Source: Pelagomonas calceolata
Lineage: Eukaryota
Reading direction: 5' to 3'
NCBI GenBank assembly: GCA_918797485.1
Contig: CAKKNE010000002.1
Location: forward strand, 3,286,001 to 3,350,000
Length of the DNA: 64,000 bases
Part shown: piece after piece, positions 1 to 10,075 of the stretch
Layout: each line of letters starts with the position of its first letter
Numbering within the stretch: position 1 is the stretch's first letter
Notes under the pieces: model-generated
What the model was told of the DNA's origin: nothing
The model's input: the letters and a program-made list of their open reading frames with translations, nothing else
Databases searched by the model: none
Made by a program: the position numbers and the translations under genes

Positions 1-162
1 CGCGTCGGGCGCGCCGGGGGCGGCGCGCGCGGCCGCGGCCGCGGCGTCTCGGATGGCGCCGAGGGCCTCGTCGTGCGCCGGCGGCAGCGGTTGCTTTTCT
101 TGCGTCTTCGCCGTGCGCGGCGGGCTGGCGAAGCGCACGCGCATGCCATTTCCTTTCCCCAT
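1..162 (-). CDS. 5' part of a hypothetical protein running off the window start
   Basis: ATG at 162 opens a stop-free frame (MGKGNGMRVRFASPPRTAKTQEKQ...) to position 1, with GC-rich codons. Confidence 0.45.
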   Translation of the reverse strand, partial: MGKGNGMRVRFASPPRTAKTQEKQPLPPAHDEALGAIRDAAAAAARAAPGAPDA

Positions 163-369
163 GGTGAATATGTGTTTGGGCTTGTTTGTGCGCGTTACGG
201 CGGCGCGCGGCGCAACCGCTGCCCGCAGGCCTGCACCAGCAAAGTCTCCACCGATTTCACGCGGCGCAACGAGTCGGCTGCGTCTACAATTCGTGTTAGC
301 AGAGCAGCAATTCGTGTTTGGGAAGTGGCCTACCAAAAAGCTTGCGTACGGGTCCGGACTTACAACGCC

Positions 370-1536
370 CTAGTGCCGCGCCCCGACCATCTCCAAACCA
401 GCCAGCGGCGCCGGCAGGCCCAGCAGGTCGACGAAGCGCGCGTTGCCGGCGACGGAGATGCGCCACGCGCGCCGGTCGCCCGCCGCGTCGCCCGAGTGCT
501 GGAACGGGTAGCACTCGTCGTCGAGGAGCGTCACCCGGAAGTCGTCGCCCACGAAGTCCAGGGCCAGCGTGTCGTGGCGGTAGGTCCCTTTGAAAATACC
601 ATAAACGTTCGGGACGAAGCGCCAGGGCGACATGACCGCGATGCGCAAATGGCAGCCGCCGCCCCCCTTGTCGGAGCGCGCGAAGGGGAAGAGGCGCATG
701 CCGCCGCCGTAGAACGGGGTACTTCCGGCGCACGCGAGCGTCGCGCTCCCTTCATATAACAAACCCGTCTCGACGGGGATCGCCGCGTCGCCGCGCCGCG
801 GATCGACGTAGGCGCACTCTGATAAGGCTTCCACTCGGACGCGCATCTGCCTCTTCCTTCTCAAGTACGCGGGCAGCGTCCGGAGCGCCATCGCGAAGAA
901 ATAGCCCCCTACGCTCCTCATGAGCGGCCCGATGATCGTGTTCTGCGTGGCCTTCGCCTGGCGCTTGTAGTCGTCCAACAGGAACGCATCGAAGCCCTGG
1001 CCCGCGATGAAACAAAGTTCGTTCTGGTCGGTCGACAGGACGGGCACGGACAACGTGGCGTTGACTCCATGCTTCAAAGCAGCACAGGCCCTGCGCACGC
1101 CCTTCGACCCGCACCACCGTCTGTAATGGCGGCCTAGGGCGTACCTCGAAACGGCATTGCCGGTGCCCAGCGGCAACGTACAAATCGCCGGCAGGTCGTC
1201 TATACTCGCATATTCCTGGCTCAGGTCCCTTAGGAGAGCCCCGAGGGTCCCGTCTCCCCCACACGCCACGACCGTCGCGTAGCGCCTCTCATAAATTTTC
1301 TTCGCGGCGACGTGCGCCTCGGTCAGCGACTTCGTCGCGAACACGTTCTCGGCGCCCAATTCCTCTTCGGCGGCCGCGACGGCGCGCTTCGTGACGCCCC
1401 GCGCGTTCAGGGAGAGCAGCGCGCACACGCTCGAGTCCGTAGCTTGGAGCGGCGCGGCGCGCAATACTGGTTTGCTGCGCGGCGCGTGGAAGGCCTGGTT
1501 GAGGTGGAGCAGGGCGAGGACGAGTAACGATTGCAT
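370..1536 (-). CDS. Diacylglycerol kinase catalytic-domain (DAGK/YegS-like) lipid kinase, probably plastid-targeted
   Basis: Motifs VVACGGDGT, LPLGTGNA, GQGFDA and FYGGG. The N-terminus MQSLLVLALLHLNQAF resembles a signal peptide followed by an AF motif. Confidence 0.85.
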   Translation of the reverse strand: MQSLLVLALLHLNQAFHAPRSKPVLRAAPLQATDSSVCALLSLNARGVTKRAVAAAEEELGAENVFATKSLTEAHVAAKKIYERRYATVVACGGDGTLGALLRDLSQEYASIDDLPAICTLPLGTGNAVSRYALGRHYRRWCGSKGVRRACAALKHGVNATLSVPVLSTDQNELCFIAGQGFDAFLLDDYKRQAKATQNTIIGPLMRSVGGYFFAMALRTLPAYLRRKRQMRVRVEALSECAYVDPRRGDAAIPVETGLLYEGSATLACAGSTPFYGGGMRLFPFARSDKGGGGCHLRIAVMSPWRFVPNVYGIFKGTYRHDTLALDFVGDDFRVTLLDDECYPFQHSGDAAGDRRAWRISVAGNARFVDLLGLPAPLAGLEMVGARH

Positions 1537-1957
1537 GGCTGTTGCTGCAGGAGTCGTGCTCTTGCTCTTTGTGCTTGCACTGGAAGTGCAATCCGAAGCG
1601 GCAGACGCTGCTGCAGCCGAAAACGTCGGATGCAGGCAATTATATAGCAACGGCAGGGATCACGCAGTGTGGCTGTTGGCCATATGGTGTCTGCACTGCC
1701 CTCAATTGGCATGCACACTACGGCCTACTGGTAGGATACCAAGCCCCCCTAGTTACATTATGTATTGCAGTAACTTGTAGGAAAACCAGGGGGTAGCTGA
1801 GCGCCCAGCGGCGCTGCTAAAAGCGCTGCGATCTCGGTCCAGCTGCATCGCATTAAAACTTGATTGGGGGAGGCAGCCCACACGCAGCTGCTGCGCAGCA
1901 TACTCTAATCAAGTTTTAATAACTTGTTCACAGCCCGAGAACGTTGGTGCTGCCACG

Positions 1958-4900
1958 ATGCCGCGGGTGTGGAAGCCCGCGGCGGACGATCAGCACATCT
2001 TCGACGCCCTGCCAATGCCGGAGGGGGACGTCTTCCTCAGCGACGACGAGCTCCTCATGGAGATGGACGGCGTGGCGACGCGCGCCGCGCTCAACGCGGC
2101 GCTCGGTCCCACCGCGAGGACAAGGGTGACCTTTGATGCCGAGGGTCGGTACTGGCGGAAGTCGTACGAAATTGATAAGGAGCCGCGGTGCATCTACTTC
2201 TTGCCAGCCGTGCAGAACCCGCGCGCGCGCTCGAGGAGTACCCGATGGCGTCGAGCCGCCGTTCCCGCGACCAGAGGAGAAGTTCCAGTGCAAGAGGAAG
2301 CAGCCGCCCCGAGCGCCGCGCAAGCCGTCGAAGACGACGGCGCGGTCCGGCGAGAAGCGCCCGACGTCCGCGCGGCCTAGGATGTACACGACGCCCGGCG
2401 AGAAGGTCACGCGCGTGGATCCGGTTGATGATGCTGAGCTGCTCGTGCCGGACGAAGACGTGGTCGACCTCGACGAAGTCGCGCCAGTACCACGGCCCGT
2501 GACACGACGAGATTTAATGGCCCTAGAGCAGCGCGCCGAAGACGCGCTCGCGGCGTGCGACCGCGCGGAAGCCGCGCGCGCCGCGGCCGTCGCGGCCCAC
2601 GCGGAGCTACGCGACAGACAGGACGCAGTCTTCGCGAGGAGCGCCACCGACTCGGCAAGACTTATGCTTCTCTCTCTGGACCGCGAGGCGAACGCGCTCT
2701 CCGCGGAGAGAGCGGCACGACGGCGCGACGTTGATCGCCTTAGAGCCAAATTTTCACAAGAGAAAAGAACGCATGGAAAAAGACTGTGAGAGCGCGCGGC
2801 GGCGCGGCTAGACGAGGAGCGGCGGCGATTGGAGGAGGGTTTGGACAAACACGCGCGAGTTGCAGCGGCAACTCGACGCGCAAACTGAAGTCGCCGATTT
2901 GAAAAAGAAACAAAGCCAGCTCAACCTCGAGCTTTATGGCCTTCGACGGCTTCGAGGCGCCTGGCTGGGTTCTCGTGTTGCGTATTTACCGGAGGAGCCG
3001 CCGCCGGATTCGGACTTCGAAGGCGTCGTTGTGGCCCGTGGTCCACGCCGTCGGCGACTTTCTCAGTAGAATTTGTGGTGGTACGCTCAAAAGAAAGCAA
3101 CAGAAGTGTCTGCGTCTCCTAGCCGACTACGCGTGGTGTCACACACTCGCGGGCGGGGAGATTGGCCTCGTGCGAGCTCACTTTGCGTGCGCGGAGTACC
3201 GGCGCCTCCAGGCATTTTGCCTCTCCAGCCGAACTACTGAAGACCATGGACGTGGAGATGACGGGGAACTACGCTGCGAGCGAGGCCATGCGGGCCAGAG
3301 AGCGGGCGGCTCTCGTTGCGCTCGGGAGACGTTGGGCAAGCACGTGATGCTGTTATTCCCCACGAAGTTCGCGCTCCAGGAAACAGCCAAGCTGGTAGAG
3401 AGAGTTGCTGATGGCCACAAGGTTTCGGTTACGAAACGTCGCGGGCGACGGCACTTACGAGGCGGTCGGCATTGCGACGGGCGCGGTCCTCGACGTCATC
3501 ATCGGAAAGCAGCGTGGGCTCCTTGAGACTGGACGCAGTCCCGCGGATCCGCGGAGGATCAGAGGCACGCAAGACGGCAGCAACATCACGAAAAGCGACG
3601 ACTTTACGATGCAAGGGATCCACGTCAACGACAGCCGCGCGGTCGACCCGATCACTGGCAAGCCCACCGACTTCCAGTCGCCTGATCGGGTTCATATTGC
3701 GCGTTAGCCGTTGGCCACGAGAGCCATGCCCTGTACGAAGCTTTAGACGACGTGACGGATCACTTCAGTACAGCGGCGACGGCGCAAACCGATGGTGTCT
3801 ACCAGTCAGAGGCAGAGGGCCGCGCCGTTCACGTTGATTACGTCTGCTCGGGCGACATGGCCAACCTCCAGACGGTGTCGAAGAAGGGCTTCGCGACTGG
3901 GACGTCGGAGAACGCGCGGCCGTGTTATTGTTGCGCGCAGACCAACAGGCAGATGACGACGCCCAAGGTAGTTGACGACCTTTGCGACGTCTGCAGAGCA
4001 GCGGGTCGGTTAGTGTGCTACCACGCGGAGATGTCGACGCCGGCTGCCGTAGACGAGTGGCGCGCTACGGCTGCCGCTGCGCTCACGGAGCTCAGAGGGA
4101 GCTGCCCCAGCCTACCGCTACATGCGCGAGGCCAAGACTTTAAGTGCGGCGCAGCTGCGCGAGCTCGCCGCGGAGGCTGGGCTCGATGCGGGCGGCACCT
4201 CGGCCCACTTGCACGCGCGCTTCGCTGCTTATTGCGGTCAGCATTGCTTGGAATTGGAAAACCCCAACCAAAACGGGTTTTACGCAAAGTTCGACTGTCG
4301 AACTGCGACCCCAGCACAAAAAACGCAATTTTTTCGCTGGTCGTGAACGATTGTCTTGTTGATTTCGGCCTGGCGGTGACGGGCAACCTCGGTTCGCGCG
4401 TCGAAGCTGACGACGCGCCTGAAATTGGTTGACCAATATTACGAACTTCAAGCGCAATTAGAACACGCCACGCCAAATTCTGATGCGCTCATCTCCCTGG
4501 TCGAGCATATGGTCCCGTGCGTCTTGCATTTAGAAAACCGGACGCGCGCGCGTTGCGGCTCATCCTCAACAATTTTTTGGATCTACGAGAAGAGCGTGGC
4601 CCTGGCGAAGCTGCGGCCGCTGGCAAATTGATTAGAACGAAAGGCTTCGGCTGCCCGAACGGCCGCGAGGGCAAGTGGACGGCGCCGCTCTCCAAGGACG
4701 AAGATTCCGTCGAAGATCAATCCGTTGAATTGCGGCCGCGCCCGGAAGATCTTTGCTAACGTCGGCACGGGCTCATCGGGCGTGCTTCCCGGACGACGCC
4801 AAGCGGCGGGTCGTCCTCGACCTCGTCCGCGGCTACGGGTTCGATGGTGCTATATCGAAAACGAGAAGATCTCACGGACGTCGAGATTGCCAAAGCCGAC

Positions 4901-5243
4901 GACCTCGCCCAGGAGACCGCCATCGGCTACTGACGGCTTTCACGGCGAAGGCCTCACGAACTAAGCACATGATCGGCGGGCCACATTATCTGGCTTATTT
5001 GCGAAAGTACCGGAACTTGGCGCCGCGCTCGAACCAGGGGCGAGGCGTGAACCGCTTGATCGGCGGCGCTTCCTCACGCGGACGCAGCGCGGCGGCCACT
5101 GCGGCCACGAGGCGACGCGGGCGACGCGCGTCGCCGCGCTGGGCAAGTGGATGCAGCGGCGGATGATGTGGCTCACAGGCCTGGTCAAGCCCGGCGAGCT
5201 CAAGGTCATCGGCTGGAAGCAGAAGCGCGTGATAGACTGGTAA
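1958..5243 (+). pseudogene. Frameshifted RAG1/Transib-like transposase with an inserted SAP domain
   Basis: Ordered motifs across frames: TQDGSNIT (D at 3573); CSGDMANL...PCYCC (D at 3854); SAP-like TLSAAQLRELAAEAGLDAGGTSAHLHARF (~4135-4230); PCVLHLENR (~4515-4540); GEGLTN*-KHMIG..HYLAYLRKYRNL..SNQG-E (~4945-5045); WMQRRMMWLTG. Confidence 0.65.
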
Positions 5244-5251
5244 ATTGTGAC

Positions 5252-6883
5252 TTACTCTTCGTAGGCTGCGACGAGTGCATGGACTTCAGACGTTGGACGC
5301 GTGAGCGTCGGCACGTCCGCGCCGGCGACCGGGTAGGCCTCCCTAAACTCGCACGACGCCGCCGTCGCCGCCGTGATAGTGTAAACGACGCCGTCGAGCT
5401 CGAACGACCATCTGCAACTCCGCGACGACCGTCGCGGAGCGGTGTCTTCGACGGGCGCGACGGGCTCGACGGCCGTCTCCGGCGGTGGCAACGGCGACGG
5501 CGCCGTCAGATTCGTCACGTTCGTGGCACCGGCCTCGGCGGGCGACTTGACCTCGAAGCGGGCGTTGAGCTTCAATTCGCCGGTGTCGACGTTGTAAGTG
5601 CACGTCACCCGCACGAGCTTGTTGAACTCGTCCAGCGTCGTCGGCACCCTCGTCTCCTTGAAGCCGCCTTTTAGGGGTACTCGTGACCGCGTCGCCGCGC
5701 CAAGATCCGGAACTCGCTCTCCAGGGCGCACCGTCATCGCCGCTAAGCGAGAACCGCTCGAAACGGTAGAACTGGAGGCGCGTCACGTCGGCGCCGCCTG
5801 GCCGCCCGCGCGCCACGACGCGCTTCGCCGTGAACTGCCGATCCACATGCCCGACGGCGGAGGTAGGCCCAGTACAACTTCGAAAAACACCGTCGTAACG
5901 GGGCCGCTCTTCTTTTTCCCGCGGAGGAGCTCGCCGACGGCATCAGCAACGGCGGCGACGCGCACGTTTAACAAGTCCCACAAGCCGCTCATCGTCGACG
6001 GCCGTCGTCGATCAGCGACGCGACGCGCGCTGGAAGCGGTCGCAGCGCCGGCGACGTACCATCAAACCACTGGTCGAGGGTGTAGACTCGCGCGAGGCCG
6101 TCGTAGGCACCACTTCTGGCCTTGTCCTGCGACACGACCCCACAGGCCCCACGACGGAGGTCACCGAGACCTCTCTAGAAGTCGACGAGAGGACGACATC
6201 GCAGGTGGACGCAGTCGACCTGTTGATGTGTTTGGGCAACGCGTCGATCTTGTAGAGCTCCAAGACCTCGATCCTGAGGACGACGAGGGCTGCAGGAAGA
6301 CGACCATGCTGCCGTCCTTGAGCAACAGCGAGTCGCCCGAGAAGATGGGTCCGACCTTCGGGGCGAAGAACGGCGTCCGTCGCGCGGCGAGGACGTCCTC
6401 GAGCGCCTCGGGAGCGCGCGCCACCGTGACGGCGGTCTCCTCCTTCTTCACGACGAGCGGTTCCGAGCCCTGCGCGAACGGCTGGACCTGCACAGTGTCG
6501 CCGACGACGGCAATGGCGGTGCCCTCGACGCGCTCGTCGTCGCAGGCGACGACGACGCTGTCCAGGGACTGCGGGGCGCGGTTTGTTATGGTCTGAAGGA
6601 CCCGCGGCCGCGCCGCGCCGTCGCCGCGCGAGCGCTTCTGGGACGACGAGGGCAGCTTTTCCCACGTCTCGCGGCGCCTCTTCAGCCCCTGTTTCTTGGG
6701 GGCGGGGTCCGGGGACGGCGGCGGCGCGCGGCGCGACCGCGCGGCGCGGGGCAGCAGCTCGGTGGGCTTTACCCAGCCGCGCGAGCGCGCCTCATCCTCG
6801 ACGTACTTCTGGAAGGTGGCCTGGTCCGGCGCGAGGCCCTCCAGGTACTTCAGCCTGCCCGGGGGCAGCGTATTTGCGGCCAT
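5252..6883 (-). pseudogene. Frameshifted gene of unknown function, tail-to-tail with the transposase relic
   Basis: Protein-like segments continue across several frames (ORFs 6161-6883, 6012-6665, 5783-5992, 5343-5846, 5252-5737). Confidence 0.45.
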
Positions 6884-7262
6884 CGTCCAGTTAACTGATA
6901 CCAGCAAACGACCAGTCTCTACATCTAATAAAGTCAACCAAACAAAAAGTCAACTTTGTCAAATCCCACTAGTCGGCCGTAGTGATCGCGCAGCTAAAAT
7001 GTGCGGGTTTTCCCGCGAGCTGAGCATCGTTCTCCGGACGCCTCGCGAGGCAAGGGGAAGCGCCTCTCCGCCGGGGACCATCATCGTCGCGTCCTTTGCT
7101 CTGATAGTGATGAGCTCGACAGGAGGCCGGCAATTATTGTTCATTAGCAGCCCCCGACGCAGCCCCCCGGGCCCCCGTCGGAAGCAGCCGCCGTCGAGCC
7201 ACGCGCCGACACAACCACGTGCGACCGACGCCGCAGCGAGGCTCCGGAACCGAGAATCAAAC

Positions 7263-8069
7263 ATGAGCTCCACACCAACTCACAGACGGAGCAACTCCCT
7301 CGAGGAGCAGATCTCGTCGGGCCGGTCGAAGTTGCGGAAGACGCCCCAGTCCGACGGCAGCCGCCGCTCGAGCTTTAGCGAGGGCGAGCGGGCCGACGAG
7401 GTGATGGGCGACGCGCCGCCACCGGTCGCGCCCGAGGCCGTCGCGGCGGCGGCGGCGCGGCGCGCGGCCGAGGACGCGGCACGCGAGCGCGCGCTCGAGG
7501 AGGCCGCGGCGCGCGCGGCCGACGCCGCCGCGGCGCGGGAGCTCGCGAGCCGGACGGAGGTTAGCTTGGACCGCACGCTGAGCGCGGAGACGGCGGAGCC
7601 GGCCGCGCCCGTAACGCCGCCGGCGGCCGGCGACGGCGACGACGCGTCCGACGGTGAGGGCTACGCGTCCGACCGCGCGTCGCACTCGACCGTCGAGCCG
7701 GACGCCGTCGCGGGCCGCATCGCGCGGCGCGACGCGGCGCGCGCCGCCGCGGCGCGCCTCCGCGCCGAGCAGGACGCTCAAGCGGAACTTGAGGCCCAGG
7801 TCGCCGCCGACCGCGAGGCCGCCGCGCGCGAGGTCGCGGCGCGGCAGAAAAATGATGAAATGCCCGCGCCGGCGCCGGCGCCCGCCGCGGCCGAGGCGCC
7901 GCAGCGCAAGCGGAACCGCGGCGCGCTCGCGGCGCGCTGGACCGAGGCCGTCCGCGAGCGCGAGAGCGAGGCGGCGGCGCGCGCGGACCGGTTCAAGGAG
8001 GAGGCCGTCTCGAGCGACACGCCCGTCGGCGAGATCTTCCGGCCCCAGCAGGCCGTGCGGACGAAGTAA
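7263..8069 (+). CDS. Hypothetical protein with a WH2-like actin-binding motif and Ala/Glu-rich coiled coil
   Basis: SLEEQISSGRSKLRKTP resembles the WH2 helix plus LRKT; ATG at 7263. Confidence 0.55.
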   Translation: MSSTPTHRRSNSLEEQISSGRSKLRKTPQSDGSRRSSFSEGERADEVMGDAPPPVAPEAVAAAAARRAAEDAARERALEEAAARAADAAAARELASRTEVSLDRTLSAETAEPAAPVTPPAAGDGDDASDGEGYASDRASHSTVEPDAVAGRIARRDAARAAAARLRAEQDAQAELEAQVAADREAAAREVAARQKNDEMPAPAPAPAAAEAPQRKRNRGALAARWTEAVRERESEAAARADRFKEEAVSSDTPVGEIFRPQQAVRTK

Positions 8070-8097
8070 CTTGACCTGTTCGGAGTTGACAAAATTC

Positions 8098-9000
8098 TTA
8101 GACGAGCGTCTCCGGCGGCGGCGGCGGCGGCGGTCGCGATAAATGACCGTAGAGCGCGGCGCCGCCGCACGCGAGCGCGATGCCGCACGCATTTAGGGAC
8201 GTAATCTCGTTGCCGAACTGCAGCCACCCCGCGAGGATGACGACCGGCCGCCGCATCGCGTTGCAGACGCTGTGCGTCACGGCGGTCACGCGCGCGAGGA
8301 CGAGCCAGCTCAGCTGCAGGTAAGCCCAGAACGCGACGCCGTTTACGACGAGGATGGGCGTCGAGTCCGGGAGGATTATAGGGGCGCCGGACGCGACGAC
8401 GTACCCACCCGCCATGAGCGCGCCGATCACGTTGATGTGCAAAAACAGCGAGTAGTTGTCCGCGGCGTGGCGCGCTCTTATAAGTTTCGTCAGCACGCCG
8501 CGCGCCGCGAAGCACGCGTTCGAGGCGGCGCAGGCGACCGCGCCCGCGACCGTCGCGTCCGCCGACCCGAGCGCCGACATCGACGCGCCGCAGACGACCG
8601 GGATTAAGCTAATGAGCCTTCTTAGTCCATTGTCGTTGCCGAACACAACCGTTGATAATGCAAGCGTAAAGAGGGGCTCCGTCGCCCGCAGCGTCATCAC
8701 GAGACTCACGTGCATGTGCCTTAGTGCCGCATTCAACGTGACAAACCCGAGCATGAACGCGAAGGCTAACAAGGACGTCGTCTGCAGCTCCTCGCGGCTG
8801 GTCATGGGCCGGTAGGGCTTGAGCTTGAGTATTCGCAGTAATAAGAAGGAGCAGCCGCTCGCGATGAGTAATTGCGACAGCGTCAGGACCGCGGCGTCCA
8901 TTTCCAGGGATTTGGAGGTATTGGTGGCGACGATGCTCGTCGCGTACCACAGGGCGATCATGGCGGCGGTCTCGGACCAGCGGTGCTGCTCAGCAGCCAT
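8098..9000 (-). CDS. Triose-phosphate/sugar-phosphate translocator family (DMT) transporter
   Basis: About 10 hydrophobic helices; WYATSI..NTSK, TLRATEPLFT, VTAVTHSVCNAMRRPVVI. Confidence 0.88.
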   Translation of the reverse strand: MAAEQHRWSETAAMIALWYATSIVATNTSKSLEMDAAVLTLSQLLIASGCSFLLLRILKLKPYRPMTSREELQTTSLLAFAFMLGFVTLNAALRHMHVSLVMTLRATEPLFTLALSTVVFGNDNGLRRLISLIPVVCGASMSALGSADATVAGAVACAASNACFAARGVLTKLIRARHAADNYSLFLHINVIGALMAGGYVVASGAPIILPDSTPILVVNGVAFWAYLQLSWLVLARVTAVTHSVCNAMRRPVVILAGWLQFGNEITSLNACGIALACGGAALYGHLSRPPPPPPPETLV

Positions 9001-9181
9001 GATGCTGGGTGGCAGTGCTAGCTGCTATCTATTTTGGGTGCCGGATTGATGCGGCCGAATCTCGAATCTCGATTCGCTGGGAGCTGTTCAAAACATGCAA
9101 GTGCACAAGACTGCACCTTGTATTTCAATTCGTATTGCTCGTATGTATGAGTTTGCGGCCGCTCCCATGAAGCCAGGCTTG

Positions 9182-9203
9182 CTAGTGTCTTACAGGGCGC
9201 TAG
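9182..9203. promoter_or_regulatory. Recurrent intergenic motif copy CTAGTGTCTTACAGGGCGCTAG
   Basis: Lies between divergent starts at 9000 and 9485; near-identical copies occur in other upstream regions. Confidence 0.65.
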
Positions 9204-9484
9204 ACCAAGCATGAAATGTGATAAATAGAATACTTTCTTGAAAATTAAGACGCGTCTTACATTTTTACGTGAAAGTCGCCGCGCTCTCCGGCGCTTGCGT
9301 TCACGAGTTTGCTGGAAGCAAAAGGCCTTTTCACCAGCCGACCCAGCGTCGCCTGAGCACTGAGATTGACCTACGTAACCAGCATTCCTCATTCCTCTAA
9401 CTTTCCTCCGCGAAAATCGCGTCCAAACCTCGACTTTCGAGACCTGCCTCGAAACTTGCCTCTCCAGCCAGAGCGCGAGACACA

Positions 9485-10030
9485 ATGGCGCGCACACCCA
9501 GCGAGGACCTCCACCCGACCCCAGAAGACGCCCGCTCGCCCGAGGACGCGCGCTCCCCGGAGGGCTCGCAGACGCCGACGACGTTCGACGTGCTCCTCGA
9601 CGACCTCAGCCGCATCACCGTCGACGAGCGCGGCACGGTGACGGCCGTCGCCGCGGATTTAATAAGGCAAGTGCGGCCCGGCGACCGCGTCGCGGGCGTT
9701 AACCAGGGGAACCGGCCGCTCGACGTCGCCCTGCTCGCGCGGCGACTCGTCGCCGTGAGCGAGGGCCGCTGCGTCCTCACCATAGAGCGCGACGACCGCT
9801 CCGAGCCGCAGTCGCCGCGGTCGCCCTGGTCGCCCGGGAGCATGTCGCGCCAGTCGCCGACGAGCCCGCGGTCGCCGCGCTGGTCGCCGGGCACGCCGTC
9901 TCGTCGATTGCGCATGCCCGAGCCGCCGCGGCCACGGGGAGGCTTCCTCGCGCCGCAGACGACGCCGACGTCGCCCTTTACCTTCTCCTCATCACTGCGG
10001 GACAAGTTCCGCGCGAGGAGCCGGCTCTGA
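9485..10030 (+). CDS. Hypothetical protein with a PDZ-like segment and an SP-rich tail
   Basis: QVRPGDRVAGVNQ resembles PDZ; repeated SPR/SPG motifs. Confidence 0.55.
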   Translation: MARTPSEDLHPTPEDARSPEDARSPEGSQTPTTFDVLLDDLSRITVDERGTVTAVAADLIRQVRPGDRVAGVNQGNRPLDVALLARRLVAVSEGRCVLTIERDDRSEPQSPRSPWSPGSMSRQSPTSPRSPRWSPGTPSRRLRMPEPPRPRGGFLAPQTTPTSPFTFSSSLRDKFRARSRL

Positions 10031-10075
10031 GACGCAACGCTCGGGACCCTTCGCAAGCCTAACTTTGGAAATCGA

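Larger units (their letters stand above)
1958..6883. mobile_element. Degenerate RAG1/Transib-like DDE DNA transposon relic with two convergent frameshifted genes; ends not located
   Basis: Many frameshifts and stops between intact host genes; transposase-like motifs on the + strand and a second broken gene on the - strand. Confidence 0.6.

Noticed and set aside
6491..6950. RSS-like heptamer CACAGTG (6491) and nonamer-like ACAAAAAGT (6942) near the RAG1-like relic
   Set aside because: They are not 12 or 23 bp apart and no matching inverted copy was found at the other end, so TIRs could not be defined.
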